From the NCBI GenBank assembly GCA_963820825.1, contig CAWGBN010000008.1, positions 96,001 through 160,000 of the forward strand: 64,000 nucleotides of DNA, given 5' to 3'. Below, piece by piece: positions 30,568 through 40,163 of this stretch (position 1 is the stretch's first letter; each line of letters starts with the position of its first letter). Below the pieces are notes generated by a model, which saw only the letters and a list, made by a program, of their open reading frames with translations, was not told where the DNA came from and ran no database searches. Both the position numbers and the translations under genes were made by a program. The DNA is from Vulcanimicrobiota bacterium (GTDB lineage: Bacteria > Vulcanimicrobiota > Vulcanimicrobiia > Vulcanimicrobiales > Vulcanimicrobiaceae).

Positions 30568-31909
30568 GCAGCACCTCCTCGAGCGCGCTCGCGAGCGCCT
30601 TGACGTCGCCGGTCGTGGTGAGCTCGGTCGCGGTCATCAAGATGCACGCGTTCAACTCGGGATAGAAACGTCCAAGATCGAGACCGCCCAGAATCTTACG
30701 CTCGCGCAAGCCGGCGAGCACCTCCTGCGCCGGCCGTCCGACGTCGACCACGAGCTCGTTGAAGAACGGCGCCGCATGTCGGATCCGCACTCCCGATACG
30801 TTGGCGACCGCGCTGGCGAGCTCGCGCGAACGCGCCAAATTCAGCGCGGCGGCATCGCGCAAGCCGGTCTTCCCCATCAGCGCGAGATAGATCGTCGCGA
30901 TCAGGGCGCAGTGCGCTTGATTGGTGCAGATGTTCGAGGTGGCACGCTCGCGGCGAATGTGTTGCTCGCGCGCCTGCAGCGTGAGCACGTAGGCCGTTCG
31001 TCCGGCGTTGTCGAGGGTTCGGCCGACCAGCCGCCCCGGAATCCGACGCATGTGCTCCTGCGTCGATGCGATGAAGCCGGCGTAGGGACCGCCATAAGCG
31101 ATTGCGACGCCGAAACTCTGCGCCTCGCCCGCGACGATCTGCGCTCCCCACGCCGATGGCGGCGCGAGCGCGGCCAGCGAGAGGGCCTCGGCGACGACGC
31201 CGATCGGAATCGTCCCGCTCGCGCGCATCGCCTCTTGCGCGTTCGCCGCCGGCGTATCGACGTTGCCGAAGAAGTTCGGCGATTGCAGAGCGACCGCGGC
31301 ATACTCGCCGCCGGCGACGGCGCCGGCAAGCGCGTCGCTCTCCGTCGTGCCGTTCTCGGTAAATGGAGTCTCGTCGACGTCGACGTCGAGACCGTCGCAG
31401 TAGGTTCGCAGCACCCCGCGATAGTTCGGGTGGACCGCACGCGAAACGAGGATCTTCCGGCGCCCGGTCGCGCCGAGGGCCATGATTGCCGCCTCGGCGA
31501 GCGCCGTCGCGCCATCGTAGACCGAAGCGTTGGCAATATCCATTCCGGTCAGCAATGCGACGTAGGTCTGCCACTCGTAGATCGCTTGCAGATAACCTTG
31601 CGAGACTTCGGCTTGATACGGCGTATACGCGGTGAGAAACTCGCCGCGCATAGCGAGTGCGGCGATCGCCGGGGGCACGTAGTGCCGGTAGGCTCCGCCC
31701 CCAAGGAACGAACGGTAATCGACGCCGCTATTACCTTGGGCAAGCTGCTCGAAGCGGCGTTGGATCAAATATTCCGGCAGCGCCGGCACGACGTCGAGCT
31801 CGGCCTTGAGCGCGATTGCGTCGGGAACGCGCAGAAGCTCGTCGAGCGATTCGGCGCCGATCGTCTCGAGCATCGCCTCGACGTCGTGGCGGGTATGCGG
31901 AGCGTACAT
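30548..31909 (-). CDS. gcvPA: Glycine dehydrogenase subunit 1
   Basis: EFLTAYTPYQAEVSQG, NASVYDG, REQHIRRERATSNICTNQ. Confidence 0.96.
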   Translation of the reverse strand: MYAPHTRHDVEAMLETIGAESLDELLRVPDAIALKAELDVVPALPEYLIQRRFEQLAQGNSGVDYRSFLGGGAYRHYVPPAIAALAMRGEFLTAYTPYQAEVSQGYLQAIYEWQTYVALLTGMDIANASVYDGATALAEAAIMALGATGRRKILVSRAVHPNYRGVLRTYCDGLDVDVDETPFTENGTTESDALAGAVAGGEYAAVALQSPNFFGNVDTPAANAQEAMRASGTIPIGVVAEALSLAALAPPSAWGAQIVAGEAQSFGVAIAYGGPYAGFIASTQEHMRRIPGRLVGRTLDNAGRTAYVLTLQAREQHIRRERATSNICTNQAHCALIATIYLALMGKTGLRDAAALNLARSRELASAVANVSGVRIRHAAPFFNELVVDVGRPAQEVLAGLRERKILGGLDLGRFYPELNACILMTATELTTTGDVKALASALEEVLHVPAAV

Positions 31910-31931
31910 GGATTCCTTGGCGGATGTGGTC

Positions 31932-32405
31932 TTATTGGTTCTGCGATTTGAGCGCCGGGTCCGGAATTCCGTCCGGACAGATGGTCGCCTGCACGGCCGG
32001 GGAGACGTAATACGCATGCAGGTCGTAATGCGGAACCGGAAGGCCGGGGTGTCCGTGCGGCTCGTACTTGAAATCCACGTGATCGATGGTGTAGCCGGGC
32101 AGCGCGCGGACGTTCGCGTAGCTGAATCCCTTTTCGAGCTGCGCGACCGTCACCATGATCTCGGTGAATACCGGCTTCCCCTTCCAAACCCCATAGATCG
32201 GACCGATGGGCAGCTTCTTCGGATTGGCCCAATGCTCGCCCATCGTTGCGATGCACGGTGAGACCAGTATCGCGTCCGCGGGAATTCCGGCAGGATGAAC
32301 CTTGGGCTGCGGCGGCAGCATCGGCTCGCCGGCATCCGCACCGGTACACGAGCTCTTCACTACAAACGATATCACAAGCGCAAAAAGCGCGACGAAGCGC
32401 ATCAT
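31932..32405 (-). CDS. Secreted His-rich protein, DUF5602/TTHB210-like
   Basis: Signal peptide; MGEHW, PHGHPG..VPHYDLH.Y; ATGA overlap with the upstream regulator. Confidence 0.65.
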   Translation of the reverse strand: MMRFVALFALVISFVVKSSCTGADAGEPMLPPQPKVHPAGIPADAILVSPCIATMGEHWANPKKLPIGPIYGVWKGKPVFTEIMVTVAQLEKGFSYANVRALPGYTIDHVDFKYEPHGHPGLPVPHYDLHAYYVSPAVQATICPDGIPDPALKSQNQ

Positions 32406-34978
32406 CGATCTTCCTCCTCCGATCTCACGGTTTCAGCGACGCTTCTCGGAGCGCCTGTTGCTTGCGCGACCGCCTCCTTTTCGCTCATAGCCGCGCCCTC
32501 TGCCAAACGGGCCGTAACTGCCTCCGCTCCGAGGGCAGTTCGCAGCGCGGTTAATGCGCGGTCGTACTCTCGCTGCTCTTGATTGTTCAGCCGGGCGGCT
32601 CCCATCGCCGCAAGACGAGCGTCGACGAATCCCAAGATTCGCACGGCGCGCACGCTCTGGGAAACGCTGCTGCCGGAAGAGCCGGCGCGCAACGCCGCGA
32701 TGGCGGCGAGATGCTGCAGTGCCTGTGCCGCCAGAACGCCTAGGTGCCCGCTCCCATGACGGTATTCGAGCGCGAGCGCGAGCGCCTCACGAGCGCGCCG
32801 TTCGGCTTCTTCGAACCGGTCCAACAAAATGAGATAGAGCGCGATGTTGTCCAACGCCTGTGCGACGAGCGGGGTCTCGTCGAAGGTCTGTAAGGACGAT
32901 ACGGCTCTGCTCGCGTACTCCAGCGCCAGCTCGACGTTGCCGGCGATGGCTTCGCATTCGCTCAGATCGTTGAACGTGAAGGCCGCATTGAGATCTGCCC
33001 CGAGCGACTGGTAAATCTGAATTGCTTCCGAGTAATACGCTCGCGCGGCGACGATATCTCCGCTGTTGACGCAGCTGTTCCAACCCAACCCTCGGACGAT
33101 ATAGGCGATTAACCGGCGGTTTCCAATCGCGCGCGCTGCGGCGAGCGCCTCGTGCAAGAGCGGTACGGCTTCCGCCGGGCGTCCGAGCGCGGTGAGCGCG
33201 TGCGCCACCAGGCTTTGCGACCGGGCGGCGCCGAGTTCGTCACCGACCGCTCGATATTGCGCTGCGGCGCGCTCGCTGCACGACAAGTGCGCGTTATGGT
33301 CGCGGACCGACCAGGCCGTAATTGCTTCGGCATAACTGATCGCGGCTCGTACGCCAAGCGGAGTTCCATCGTCTAGCAATTGGCGAGCGGATGCAAGCCA
33401 TCGCGACCCTTCGAGCGGAGCAAAATACTGCCAGACCACGCGCAGCTCTCCGACGAGTCGCTCTCCCAACAAAACGTCGCCCCGGTCGTTGAGCGTCCAC
33501 TGCAGCGCCGTGCGCCAGTTATCGAGTTCCTCCGGAACGAGGCCGCGCCAGACGTCGTCGGGTTCGGACTCGTAAACGAGCTCGAGTCGCTCGGCGAGCT
33601 CGAGGGCGAGGCACGCCTGCCGGCGCGCGACGGCCTGCGTCTCGCCGCGATCGTCGAGCTTCTCGCGGGCGTATTCGCGAAATGATTCGCAGAGCTCATA
33701 ACGCGGCGCGTCTCCCTCTAACTCGGCTGCCACCAGCGATTTGTCGACCAAGGATGAGAGCGCCGCGAAGACGTCCGCTGCAGAGGCGCCTTCGTCGGCA
33801 CAGACCGCGCTCGCACCGGCGAGCGTGCAGCCGCCGACGAAGACCGAGAGCCGTTCGAAGAGCCGCTGCTCCGGCTTTGAGAGCAGATTGTAGCTCCAAT
33901 CGATCGTCGCGCGCATCGTCTGCTGGCGCGGCAACGCCATGCGCTCACCCACGGTCAGCAGCCTGAAGCGATCGTCGAGTCTACGAGCCAGCGCGGCGAG
34001 CGAAAGCAGATTAACGCGCGCCGCCGTCAACTCGATCGCGAGGGGTATTCCATCGAGCCGCCGGCAGACTTCGGCGACGATCGGTGCGTTTTCGTCGCTC
34101 AGCTCAAACCGATGATCGACGGCACGCGCACGATCGACGAAGAGTGCGATAGCGCCGTACGATCCGGCGTCGGCGGCCCGCATCGTACCGGCGCTTTCCG
34201 CTTCGGGCACCACGAGCGGCGGTAGACGATAGGCGTGCTCTCCCGCGGCTCTGAGCGGTTCGCGGCTGGTCGCAATGACGCGCAGCGCCGGACAACGGCT
34301 TAACAGACGCTCGGCGACCACGGCCGCTTCGTCGACGACGTGCTCGCAGTTGTCGAGAATCAAGAGCAGCGGTTTTTCATGCACGTATGCAACGAGCGCG
34401 TCGAGCAGCGAACGTTCGGGGCTCTCCTTGACCCCAAGTGCTGCCGCGATGGTGCCGGTCACGAGCGACGAATCGCCGATCGGCGCCAATCCGGCAAAGC
34501 AGAGCGCGCGGTCGTCGTGCTCGAGCGACGTCGCGACCTGCAGCGCGGTCTGCGTCTTACCGATACCGCCGGTACCGGTCAGCGTGACGAGCCGATGCTT
34601 GCGCACGAGCGCCGCGATCTCGCTAAGCTCGCGTTCGCGGCCGACGAACGTTGCGAGCGATAACGGAAGGCTGAAGGCTGCGGGCGGAGCCGAAGCGCCG
34701 GTCCTTAATGCGGGACCGTAGCGCGGACGCGTCGGCCGCGTCGCGGCTGCCTCGAGATGCCGGCGTTCGTCGGGCGCCAGGGCCAACGCACGCGCCAACA
34801 GCGCGACCGTCTCCCGATGGGGCGTCCGCCGATACCCGCGTTCGAGCGCGCTGATACCATTCGCGCTCATGCCCGCGCGCTCGGCCAAGGCCTCCTGCGA
34901 GAGTCCGGCGGCAAGCCGATAGCTTCGCAATACCGTCCCGAAGTCCGACGAGCCGGTGATCTGCTCCCCGTCCTCCAT
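32402..34978 (-). CDS. XRE-HTH + STAND/NB-ARC ATPase + TPR-like regulator (paralog 2)
   Basis: LSQEALAERAGMS, GTGGIGKT, LLILDNCEH, GIPLAIEL, RQQTMRATIDWS; clearly homologous to 6772-9195. Confidence 0.88.
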   Translation of the reverse strand: MEDGEQITGSSDFGTVLRSYRLAAGLSQEALAERAGMSANGISALERGYRRTPHRETVALLARALALAPDERRHLEAAATRPTRPRYGPALRTGASAPPAAFSLPLSLATFVGRERELSEIAALVRKHRLVTLTGTGGIGKTQTALQVATSLEHDDRALCFAGLAPIGDSSLVTGTIAAALGVKESPERSLLDALVAYVHEKPLLLILDNCEHVVDEAAVVAERLLSRCPALRVIATSREPLRAAGEHAYRLPPLVVPEAESAGTMRAADAGSYGAIALFVDRARAVDHRFELSDENAPIVAEVCRRLDGIPLAIELTAARVNLLSLAALARRLDDRFRLLTVGERMALPRQQTMRATIDWSYNLLSKPEQRLFERLSVFVGGCTLAGASAVCADEGASAADVFAALSSLVDKSLVAAELEGDAPRYELCESFREYAREKLDDRGETQAVARRQACLALELAERLELVYESEPDDVWRGLVPEELDNWRTALQWTLNDRGDVLLGERLVGELRVVWQYFAPLEGSRWLASARQLLDDGTPLGVRAAISYAEAITAWSVRDHNAHLSCSERAAAQYRAVGDELGAARSQSLVAHALTALGRPAEAVPLLHEALAAARAIGNRRLIAYIVRGLGWNSCVNSGDIVAARAYYSEAIQIYQSLGADLNAAFTFNDLSECEAIAGNVELALEYASRAVSSLQTFDETPLVAQALDNIALYLILLDRFEEAERRAREALALALEYRHGSGHLGVLAAQALQHLAAIAALRAGSSGSSVSQSVRAVRILGFVDARLAAMGAARLNNQEQREYDRALTALRTALGAEAVTARLAEGAAMSEKEAVAQATGAPRSVAETVRSEEEDR

Positions 34979-35054
34979 GTGCGGTGGGGGTTCGAGCCTC
35001 GGCGGAAGGCCACCCTCGCTCTCCCAGCGGCCGAGTCCGATATCGCACGCTACT

Positions 35055-35076
35055 CACACAAGCGATAGGGTGTGCG
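35055..35076. promoter_or_regulatory. Palindromic operator candidate, copy 1
   Basis: CACACA-N10-TGTGCG; the same arrangement occurs at 36345-36366. Confidence 0.5.
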
Positions 35077-35176
35077 ACCCGGTTGTTCGGTTGTGCGTTA
35101 CGGCAGACTAGGCCCGCGCGGCATGATGCATAGCGGAACAGGCGCCCTGCCTGGCCTCCTCTTCAAGGAGCAGAAC

Positions 35177-36268
35177 ATGACCTCGATCCATCGCATCAGC
35201 GCCGGCGCCGCCGGCCTTTGCATTGCAGCCGTAGCGCTCGCCGCTTGCGGCGGCGCTCACTCGTCACTCGCCGGGCCCTCCGTCCTTCCGGATCAGACCT
35301 CCGGCATTCCGGATCGGAGCTCCGCCGCGGCTAACTCGGCTGCGGCTGACGTCCAACCCGAAAAGTCGTGGATGGTTCCGACCGCCGCGACCGTCAAGAA
35401 GCTGATCTATCTCTCCGACGCAGGCCGCAACGCCGTGGTCGTCTACGATTACGCGACCGGAAAGCAGTTGGGACTGCTGACCGGCTTTCACAATCCGGCC
35501 GGCCAGTGCGTCGACCGCAGAGGCGACGTCTGGATCGCCGACTCCGACGCGCATGCGCTCGTCGAATACCGGCGCGGCGCACTCGCGCCGGCCCAGCGGC
35601 TCTCGACCTCTGGTCGTCCGGTTGGATGTTCGATCGCACCGAACGGCAACCTCGCCGCGGCCGAGGATCCCGCCCTCGAAGACGCGGGCAGCGCGGTCGC
35701 CGTCTGGAGCGCCGCCGCGCGCGCCGCCGCCTACTCGCCACACGCGGCCTCGTTCGCGGTTCCCAACTGCGACCTGCTCTCGCCACCCGGATACGACAAC
35801 CACAATAACCTCTATCTCGAGTGCACGATCGCCGACCTATCCAGCATCCGCGAACTTCCCGCCGGCGCTCGCACGTTACGGAAAGTCTCGTTCAACCGGT
35901 CGATCGTCGCCCCCGGCGGCGTTATGTGGGATGGCAAGTACATCACGCTGGCCGATCGGAACTTCCACTTCCGCCGTAGCACGGCAATCTATCGTGCAGT
36001 CGCGTCTGCCTCGGGAGCGCTTGCGGTCGCCGGCACCACGCTGCTGAGCGACGGGTGCGGCGGCGGCTTCACAAACGTCTTCTCACCCTTCATCGTCGGC
36101 GACAAGAACACGCCGGCGAACGATCGTCAGGGCACCACGGTAATCGGTGACGACCAGTCCTGCACCGGCGCCTTCGATTACTGGGCCTATCCGAACGAGA
36201 GCAATCAAGTCAAGACGCTGCCTTCGGCACCATCCTACGCAACGGGAGCCTCGGTCAGCATCTTATAG
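35177..36268 (+). CDS. Secreted lipoprotein, beta-propeller-like
   Basis: SD AAGGAG; lipobox LAAC; SWM.P, YLSD, CVD..GDVW, WDGKY; same family as 21339-22289 and 49162-50211. Confidence 0.8.
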   Translation: MTSIHRISAGAAGLCIAAVALAACGGAHSSLAGPSVLPDQTSGIPDRSSAAANSAAADVQPEKSWMVPTAATVKKLIYLSDAGRNAVVVYDYATGKQLGLLTGFHNPAGQCVDRRGDVWIADSDAHALVEYRRGALAPAQRLSTSGRPVGCSIAPNGNLAAAEDPALEDAGSAVAVWSAAARAAAYSPHAASFAVPNCDLLSPPGYDNHNNLYLECTIADLSSIRELPAGARTLRKVSFNRSIVAPGGVMWDGKYITLADRNFHFRRSTAIYRAVASASGALAVAGTTLLSDGCGGGFTNVFSPFIVGDKNTPANDRQGTTVIGDDQSCTGAFDYWAYPNESNQVKTLPSAPSYATGASVSIL

Positions 36269-36296
36269 TCGAACCTATCACGAGGAAGCGGGGAAC

Positions 36297-36329
36297 GCGG
36301 CCCGGTCGTACGACCGGGCCGCACTTTTT
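36297..36329 (+). terminator. Intrinsic terminator
   Basis: GCGGCCCGGTC-GTAC-GACCGGGCCGC followed by ACTTTTT. Confidence 0.85.
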
Positions 36330-36344
36330 GACCGTTTGTGAACC

Positions 36345-36366
36345 CACACAGCTGCCCCGATGTGCG
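36345..36366. promoter_or_regulatory. Palindromic operator candidate, copy 2
   Basis: CACACA-N10-TGTGCG upstream of ORF 36489. Confidence 0.5.
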
Positions 36367-36488
36367 GGTCGCTTGTGCGAGCGTCCGTTATCGCGACCGA
36401 GCGCTTACGAGATGATTGAAGTGTAAGGACGACCGTCGCTATTCCGCACGTTCGTCGATCTGAAATCAACGCAAAAGGAGAACCCAAA

Positions 36489-36809
36489 ATGACTCATCTC
36501 GTTCTCGCTGCCGCGATGCACTTCGATCGTAGCATACGCTGCAGCACGCTCGCGGCCAACGTCCCCAAAGCGGCCGCTTGCGAACGCGCCGATGGAACTC
36601 TGCGCACCTTCAAGAGCCGCGCAATCGCCTGGCGCGTTCGTTACTTCGTCCGCTACTGGCAGATGCCGTGCGGCGAGTTTCCGACCGAGGAAGAGGCCTA
36701 CGTCTTCCACATGGTCACGAACGACCTCTATAACGATCCCGACCTGAGCGATGCCGATCGCATCGACATTCGCAATATCATGTTCGTGGGGCCGGTCCGA
36801 TGCCCGTAG
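36489..36809 (+). CDS. Small Cys-containing hypothetical protein, copy A
   Basis: SD AAGGAG; paralog of 37883-38221. Confidence 0.8.
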   Translation: MTHLVLAAAMHFDRSIRCSTLAANVPKAAACERADGTLRTFKSRAIAWRVRYFVRYWQMPCGEFPTEEEAYVFHMVTNDLYNDPDLSDADRIDIRNIMFVGPVRCP

Positions 36810-37840
36810 CCTCTTTGAACTCAAAAAGCTGCGCGGCACTTGCGGCGCTGACGATCCTCGCGGGTTGCAGCGGCGCGCGGGCCGGCATGTCCATCGTGCC
36901 TACCGCGCCGGCGCCGCCGTCGCAGAAGGCACAGACCAGCCACTCGCAGCGCGGCATCGGCGAATCGACGCCTCTTTACGTCTACGTTTCGAACCGAACC
37001 GATCGGGGAGCCTCGGAGCTGCTCGTCTATAACGAAGGTTCGCAGAATCCGGCTCCCATTCGCACCGTCACGAAGAACCTCGTCAACGCCGGCGGCATCG
37101 CCGTCGACTCGTCGGGAGATCTCTTCGTCGCCAATGGCACGGGCGGAAACGTCCTGGAGTACGCTCCGGGGGCGGTTTCGATCGTTCAGACCTACTCGAA
37201 AGGACTCGCCGATCCCAGCGACGTCGCCGTTGCAAACGGGACCCTCTACGTGACGGACCGAGGAGACGCCGCAAACGGATACGTTCAGCAAATCATCGAG
37301 TACCCGATCGGCGACTCCAAGCCCTCATTAGGCATCGCGGGAATCGGTTCGTCGCCCGATCTCAACGAAGGCATCGCCGTCAATCCGATCGCGACGAAAG
37401 GAACCTTCTTCGCCTCGGCGAGCACGATGACGATGGTTCCGTTTAGCGGAGAGTGCAGCGGCAGCACCGAGACCGTCGGCGAGGATATCTTTCCGACCCT
37501 CTGGATGATCGTGCCCCTTTCGGAAAACGTCCAGGCCCCGGGTCTGGCCTTCGATGCGAGCGGGAGACTCTACGCCGCGGATCCGTGCAGCAACGACGTC
37601 GCCATCTACTCCGATTCGAACAACACCTGGACCTACGGCGGCAGAGTGCCCGGAACGTTCAAGACGCCGCTCTTCCTAACGATCGACGGCCAATACTTAG
37701 CCGTTCCCAGCTCGGGAAGCCCGCAGACGCTCGAGCCCGGCTACGTAACCGTGATCGATCTGAGCGGAAACTCCTCGACCCTTACCGTCACCAACGGTCT
37801 CCAACATCCCATCGGCGCCGCGGTTGGACCGCAACCGTAA
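36800..37840 (+). CDS. Secreted lipoprotein with NHL-like beta-propeller repeats
   Basis: Lipobox LAGC; GIAVDSSGDLFVAN, GLAFDASGRLY. Confidence 0.8.
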   Translation: MPVASLNSKSCAALAALTILAGCSGARAGMSIVPTAPAPPSQKAQTSHSQRGIGESTPLYVYVSNRTDRGASELLVYNEGSQNPAPIRTVTKNLVNAGGIAVDSSGDLFVANGTGGNVLEYAPGAVSIVQTYSKGLADPSDVAVANGTLYVTDRGDAANGYVQQIIEYPIGDSKPSLGIAGIGSSPDLNEGIAVNPIATKGTFFASASTMTMVPFSGECSGSTETVGEDIFPTLWMIVPLSENVQAPGLAFDASGRLYAADPCSNDVAIYSDSNNTWTYGGRVPGTFKTPLFLTIDGQYLAVPSSGSPQTLEPGYVTVIDLSGNSSTLTVTNGLQHPIGAAVGPQP

Positions 37841-37882
37841 CCGCTCTTTGCCGAACCTTGCCGAAGCGCCGATTCGGCGTGA

Positions 37883-38221
37883 ATGACGGCAACGATGATC
37901 GCGGGTCTCGTTGCCGTCCTCCTAACCGCGCACGATACGTCGCGCTGCAAGCCGTTCGCACCGCGCTTTGCGCAGTTCGTCGCCTGCGAGCGTGCCGATG
38001 GAACGCTGCAGGCATTCTCCGATCGGCAGATTACCTGGCGCGTACGCTTCTACGTCCGCTACTGGGAGATGCCGTGCGGCGAGTTCCCGACCGAAGAGGA
38101 AGCGTACGTCTTCCATCTCGTTACCAACGATCTCTACGGCGATCCCGACTTGAACGACCGGCAGCGGACCGCAATCCGCAACGCGATGTACCGGGGCAGC
38201 CCGCACTGTCTGCGCTCTTAG
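37883..38221 (+). CDS. Small Cys-containing hypothetical protein, copy B
   Basis: Hydrophobic N-terminus; shares ACERADGTL and MPCGEFPTEEEAYVFH with copy A. Confidence 0.8.
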   Translation: MTATMIAGLVAVLLTAHDTSRCKPFAPRFAQFVACERADGTLQAFSDRQITWRVRFYVRYWEMPCGEFPTEEEAYVFHLVTNDLYGDPDLNDRQRTAIRNAMYRGSPHCLRS

Positions 38222-38598
38222 TCGGTTGCGATCTTCTCGTACTCGGCAAGCGATAGGAGGCTCTTCGTTTCGTCCGGCTTCGTGGGGCGCACTTTGATCA
38301 GCCACCCCGAGCCGTACGGTTCGCGGTTTACGGCCGCCGGATCCCCATCGAGCGCGGCATTGACCTCGACGACCTCGCCCGAAATCGGCGTAAAGAGATC
38401 CGAGACGGCTTTGACCGATTCGATGACGCCGACGTTGGCGAACTGCGCGATCGTCGACCCAACCTTGGGCAACTCGACGTAGACGATATCGCCGAGCGCG
38501 TTCTGGGCGTAGTCGGTAATGCCGACCGTCGCCGAGCCGCCCTCGAGCCTCACCCATTCGTGCTCTTTGCTAAAGAGCAGATCCTCATCTGGCGCCAC
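38218..38598 (-). CDS. gcvH: Glycine cleavage H protein
   Basis: HEW, GITDYAQ..LGD, IESVKAVSD (lipoyl Lys), PYG.GW. Confidence 0.96.
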   Translation of the reverse strand: MAPDEDLLFSKEHEWVRLEGGSATVGITDYAQNALGDIVYVELPKVGSTIAQFANVGVIESVKAVSDLFTPISGEVVEVNAALDGDPAAVNREPYGSGWLIKVRPTKPDETKSLLSLAEYEKIATD

Positions 38599-38614
38599 TT
38601 CTTCTCTCCTTCCG

Positions 38615-39706
38615 TTACGATTTCGCGCGCTTGTAAAAGGGGAGCGCAACGACGGTCGCAGCGTGATTCTTGCCGCGAATCTCGACGTCCAGCCGTGTGT
38701 CGTCCGCCGCCGCCTCGGGAGCGACGAGTGCCGTCGCTATGCTCCGGTTGCCATATGACGGAGCGATCGATCCGCTTCGGATCGATCCCACCAGGCGTCC
38801 GTCGAACCAAACCTGATACCCCTCGCGCGCCGGGGCCCGTCCCTCCATTACGAGACCGACGATGCGCGAGTACCGGTCGACCTCGAGTTGTTCCTTGAGA
38901 GCCGCTCTTCCGACGAACTCCGGTTTATCGAGTTTGAGCGCCCACTTCAATCCGGCTTGAACCGGAGTGATCGCCTCGGTCAACTCGTGGCCGTAGAGCG
39001 GCATCCCGGCCTCGAGCCGCAGTACGTCGCGCGCACCGAGCCCGCACGGCTCGAGTCCTTCGGCGCGATGCTCCTGCAGAAGGTTTCGCCAAATCTCCGG
39101 AGCGTCCAGCGCGTCGACGAAGAGCTCGAATCCGTCTTCACCCGTATATCCGGTCCGTGCGATAACCGCAGGAATCCCGTTTACGCGCCCTTCGGCGCAG
39201 AAGTAGTATCGCAGTGCGCCGAGATCGACCTCGACGTGGGGCTGCAGGACTTCCACCGAGCGCGGTCCTTGAATCGCAACCAACGCGCTGCGGCCATGGT
39301 GGTTCTCCAGCGTGACGCCGGACTCCGGAAGCCGCTCGTTGAGCAGCCTCCACATCTTGTCGGCGTTTGCGGCATTGACGACCAGCAGCCAGCCTTTTTC
39401 GAGGCGATAGAAGATCGTGTCGTCGTGCGCGCCGCCGCCTTCGTTGCAGAAGATGTTGTACCGAGCCTGCATCGGCTTCATCGTCCCTACGGCGTTAATC
39501 GTCAGCGTATCGGCCCAGCGCGCAACCGCCTCCCCGGTGAGCCAAAACTGAGCCATGTGCGATAGGTCGAAGAGCCCGGCACGGTGCCGCACCGCATCGT
39601 GCTCTTTGAGAATGCCCGCGTACTGCACCGGCATCTCAAACTCCGCAAACGGCACCATGCGCGCACCGGCGCGAACGTGATCCTCGTGGAGCGCGGTCCG
39701 CTTCAT
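38615..39706 (-). CDS. gcvT: Aminomethyltransferase
   Basis: [35 protein letters not shown]. Confidence 0.96.
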   Translation of the reverse strand: MKRTALHEDHVRAGARMVPFAEFEMPVQYAGILKEHDAVRHRAGLFDLSHMAQFWLTGEAVARWADTLTINAVGTMKPMQARYNIFCNEGGGAHDDTIFYRLEKGWLLVVNAANADKMWRLLNERLPESGVTLENHHGRSALVAIQGPRSVEVLQPHVEVDLGALRYYFCAEGRVNGIPAVIARTGYTGEDGFELFVDALDAPEIWRNLLQEHRAEGLEPCGLGARDVLRLEAGMPLYGHELTEAITPVQAGLKWALKLDKPEFVGRAALKEQLEVDRYSRIVGLVMEGRAPAREGYQVWFDGRLVGSIRSGSIAPSYGNRSIATALVAPEAAADDTRLDVEIRGKNHAATVVALPFYKRAKS

Positions 39707-40137
39707 TATTTCTTCGGCTTCTCTTGGGGATAGGTGTTGAGGAAATCGAGGGTCGCGTGAGCGACGATCTTCTCCCCGCTGCGAACGTAGACTTCGCCGT
39801 AGACGATGCGCCGGCCGCCGCGAAGCACCCGCGCCTCGGCGACGAGATCGTGCGGTGGACCCGCGGGCGCGAGGAAGTTGCACTGAAGCGCCACGGTCGT
39901 GGTCTCTTGCTCGCGGCCGTAGATCGAGGCGAGCGCAACGTAGAAGACGGTATCGCAGAGACTAACGATCGCGCCGCCGTGTACGGCACCGGTGCCGTTG
40001 GTGATCTCGGGACGATACGGCATGCGCATCACCGCGCGGCCGCGCTCGACGCTCTCAAGCTTCAAGTCCAGCAACGCGACGAAGTTGCTCTTCTCTTTCT
40101 CCCAGGCGTGCGGTGCTTGCGAATAATCGGTCGCCAT
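39706..40137 (-). CDS. PaaI family thioesterase
   Basis: N..GAVHGGAI.SL.D hotdog motif. Confidence 0.88.
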   Translation of the reverse strand: MATDYSQAPHAWEKEKSNFVALLDLKLESVERGRAVMRMPYRPEITNGTGAVHGGAIVSLCDTVFYVALASIYGREQETTTVALQCNFLAPAGPPHDLVAEARVLRGGRRIVYGEVYVRSGEKIVAHATLDFLNTYPQEKPKK

Positions 40138-40163
40138 GCTTTTCTCCTATCGGCCCTTCCGCT

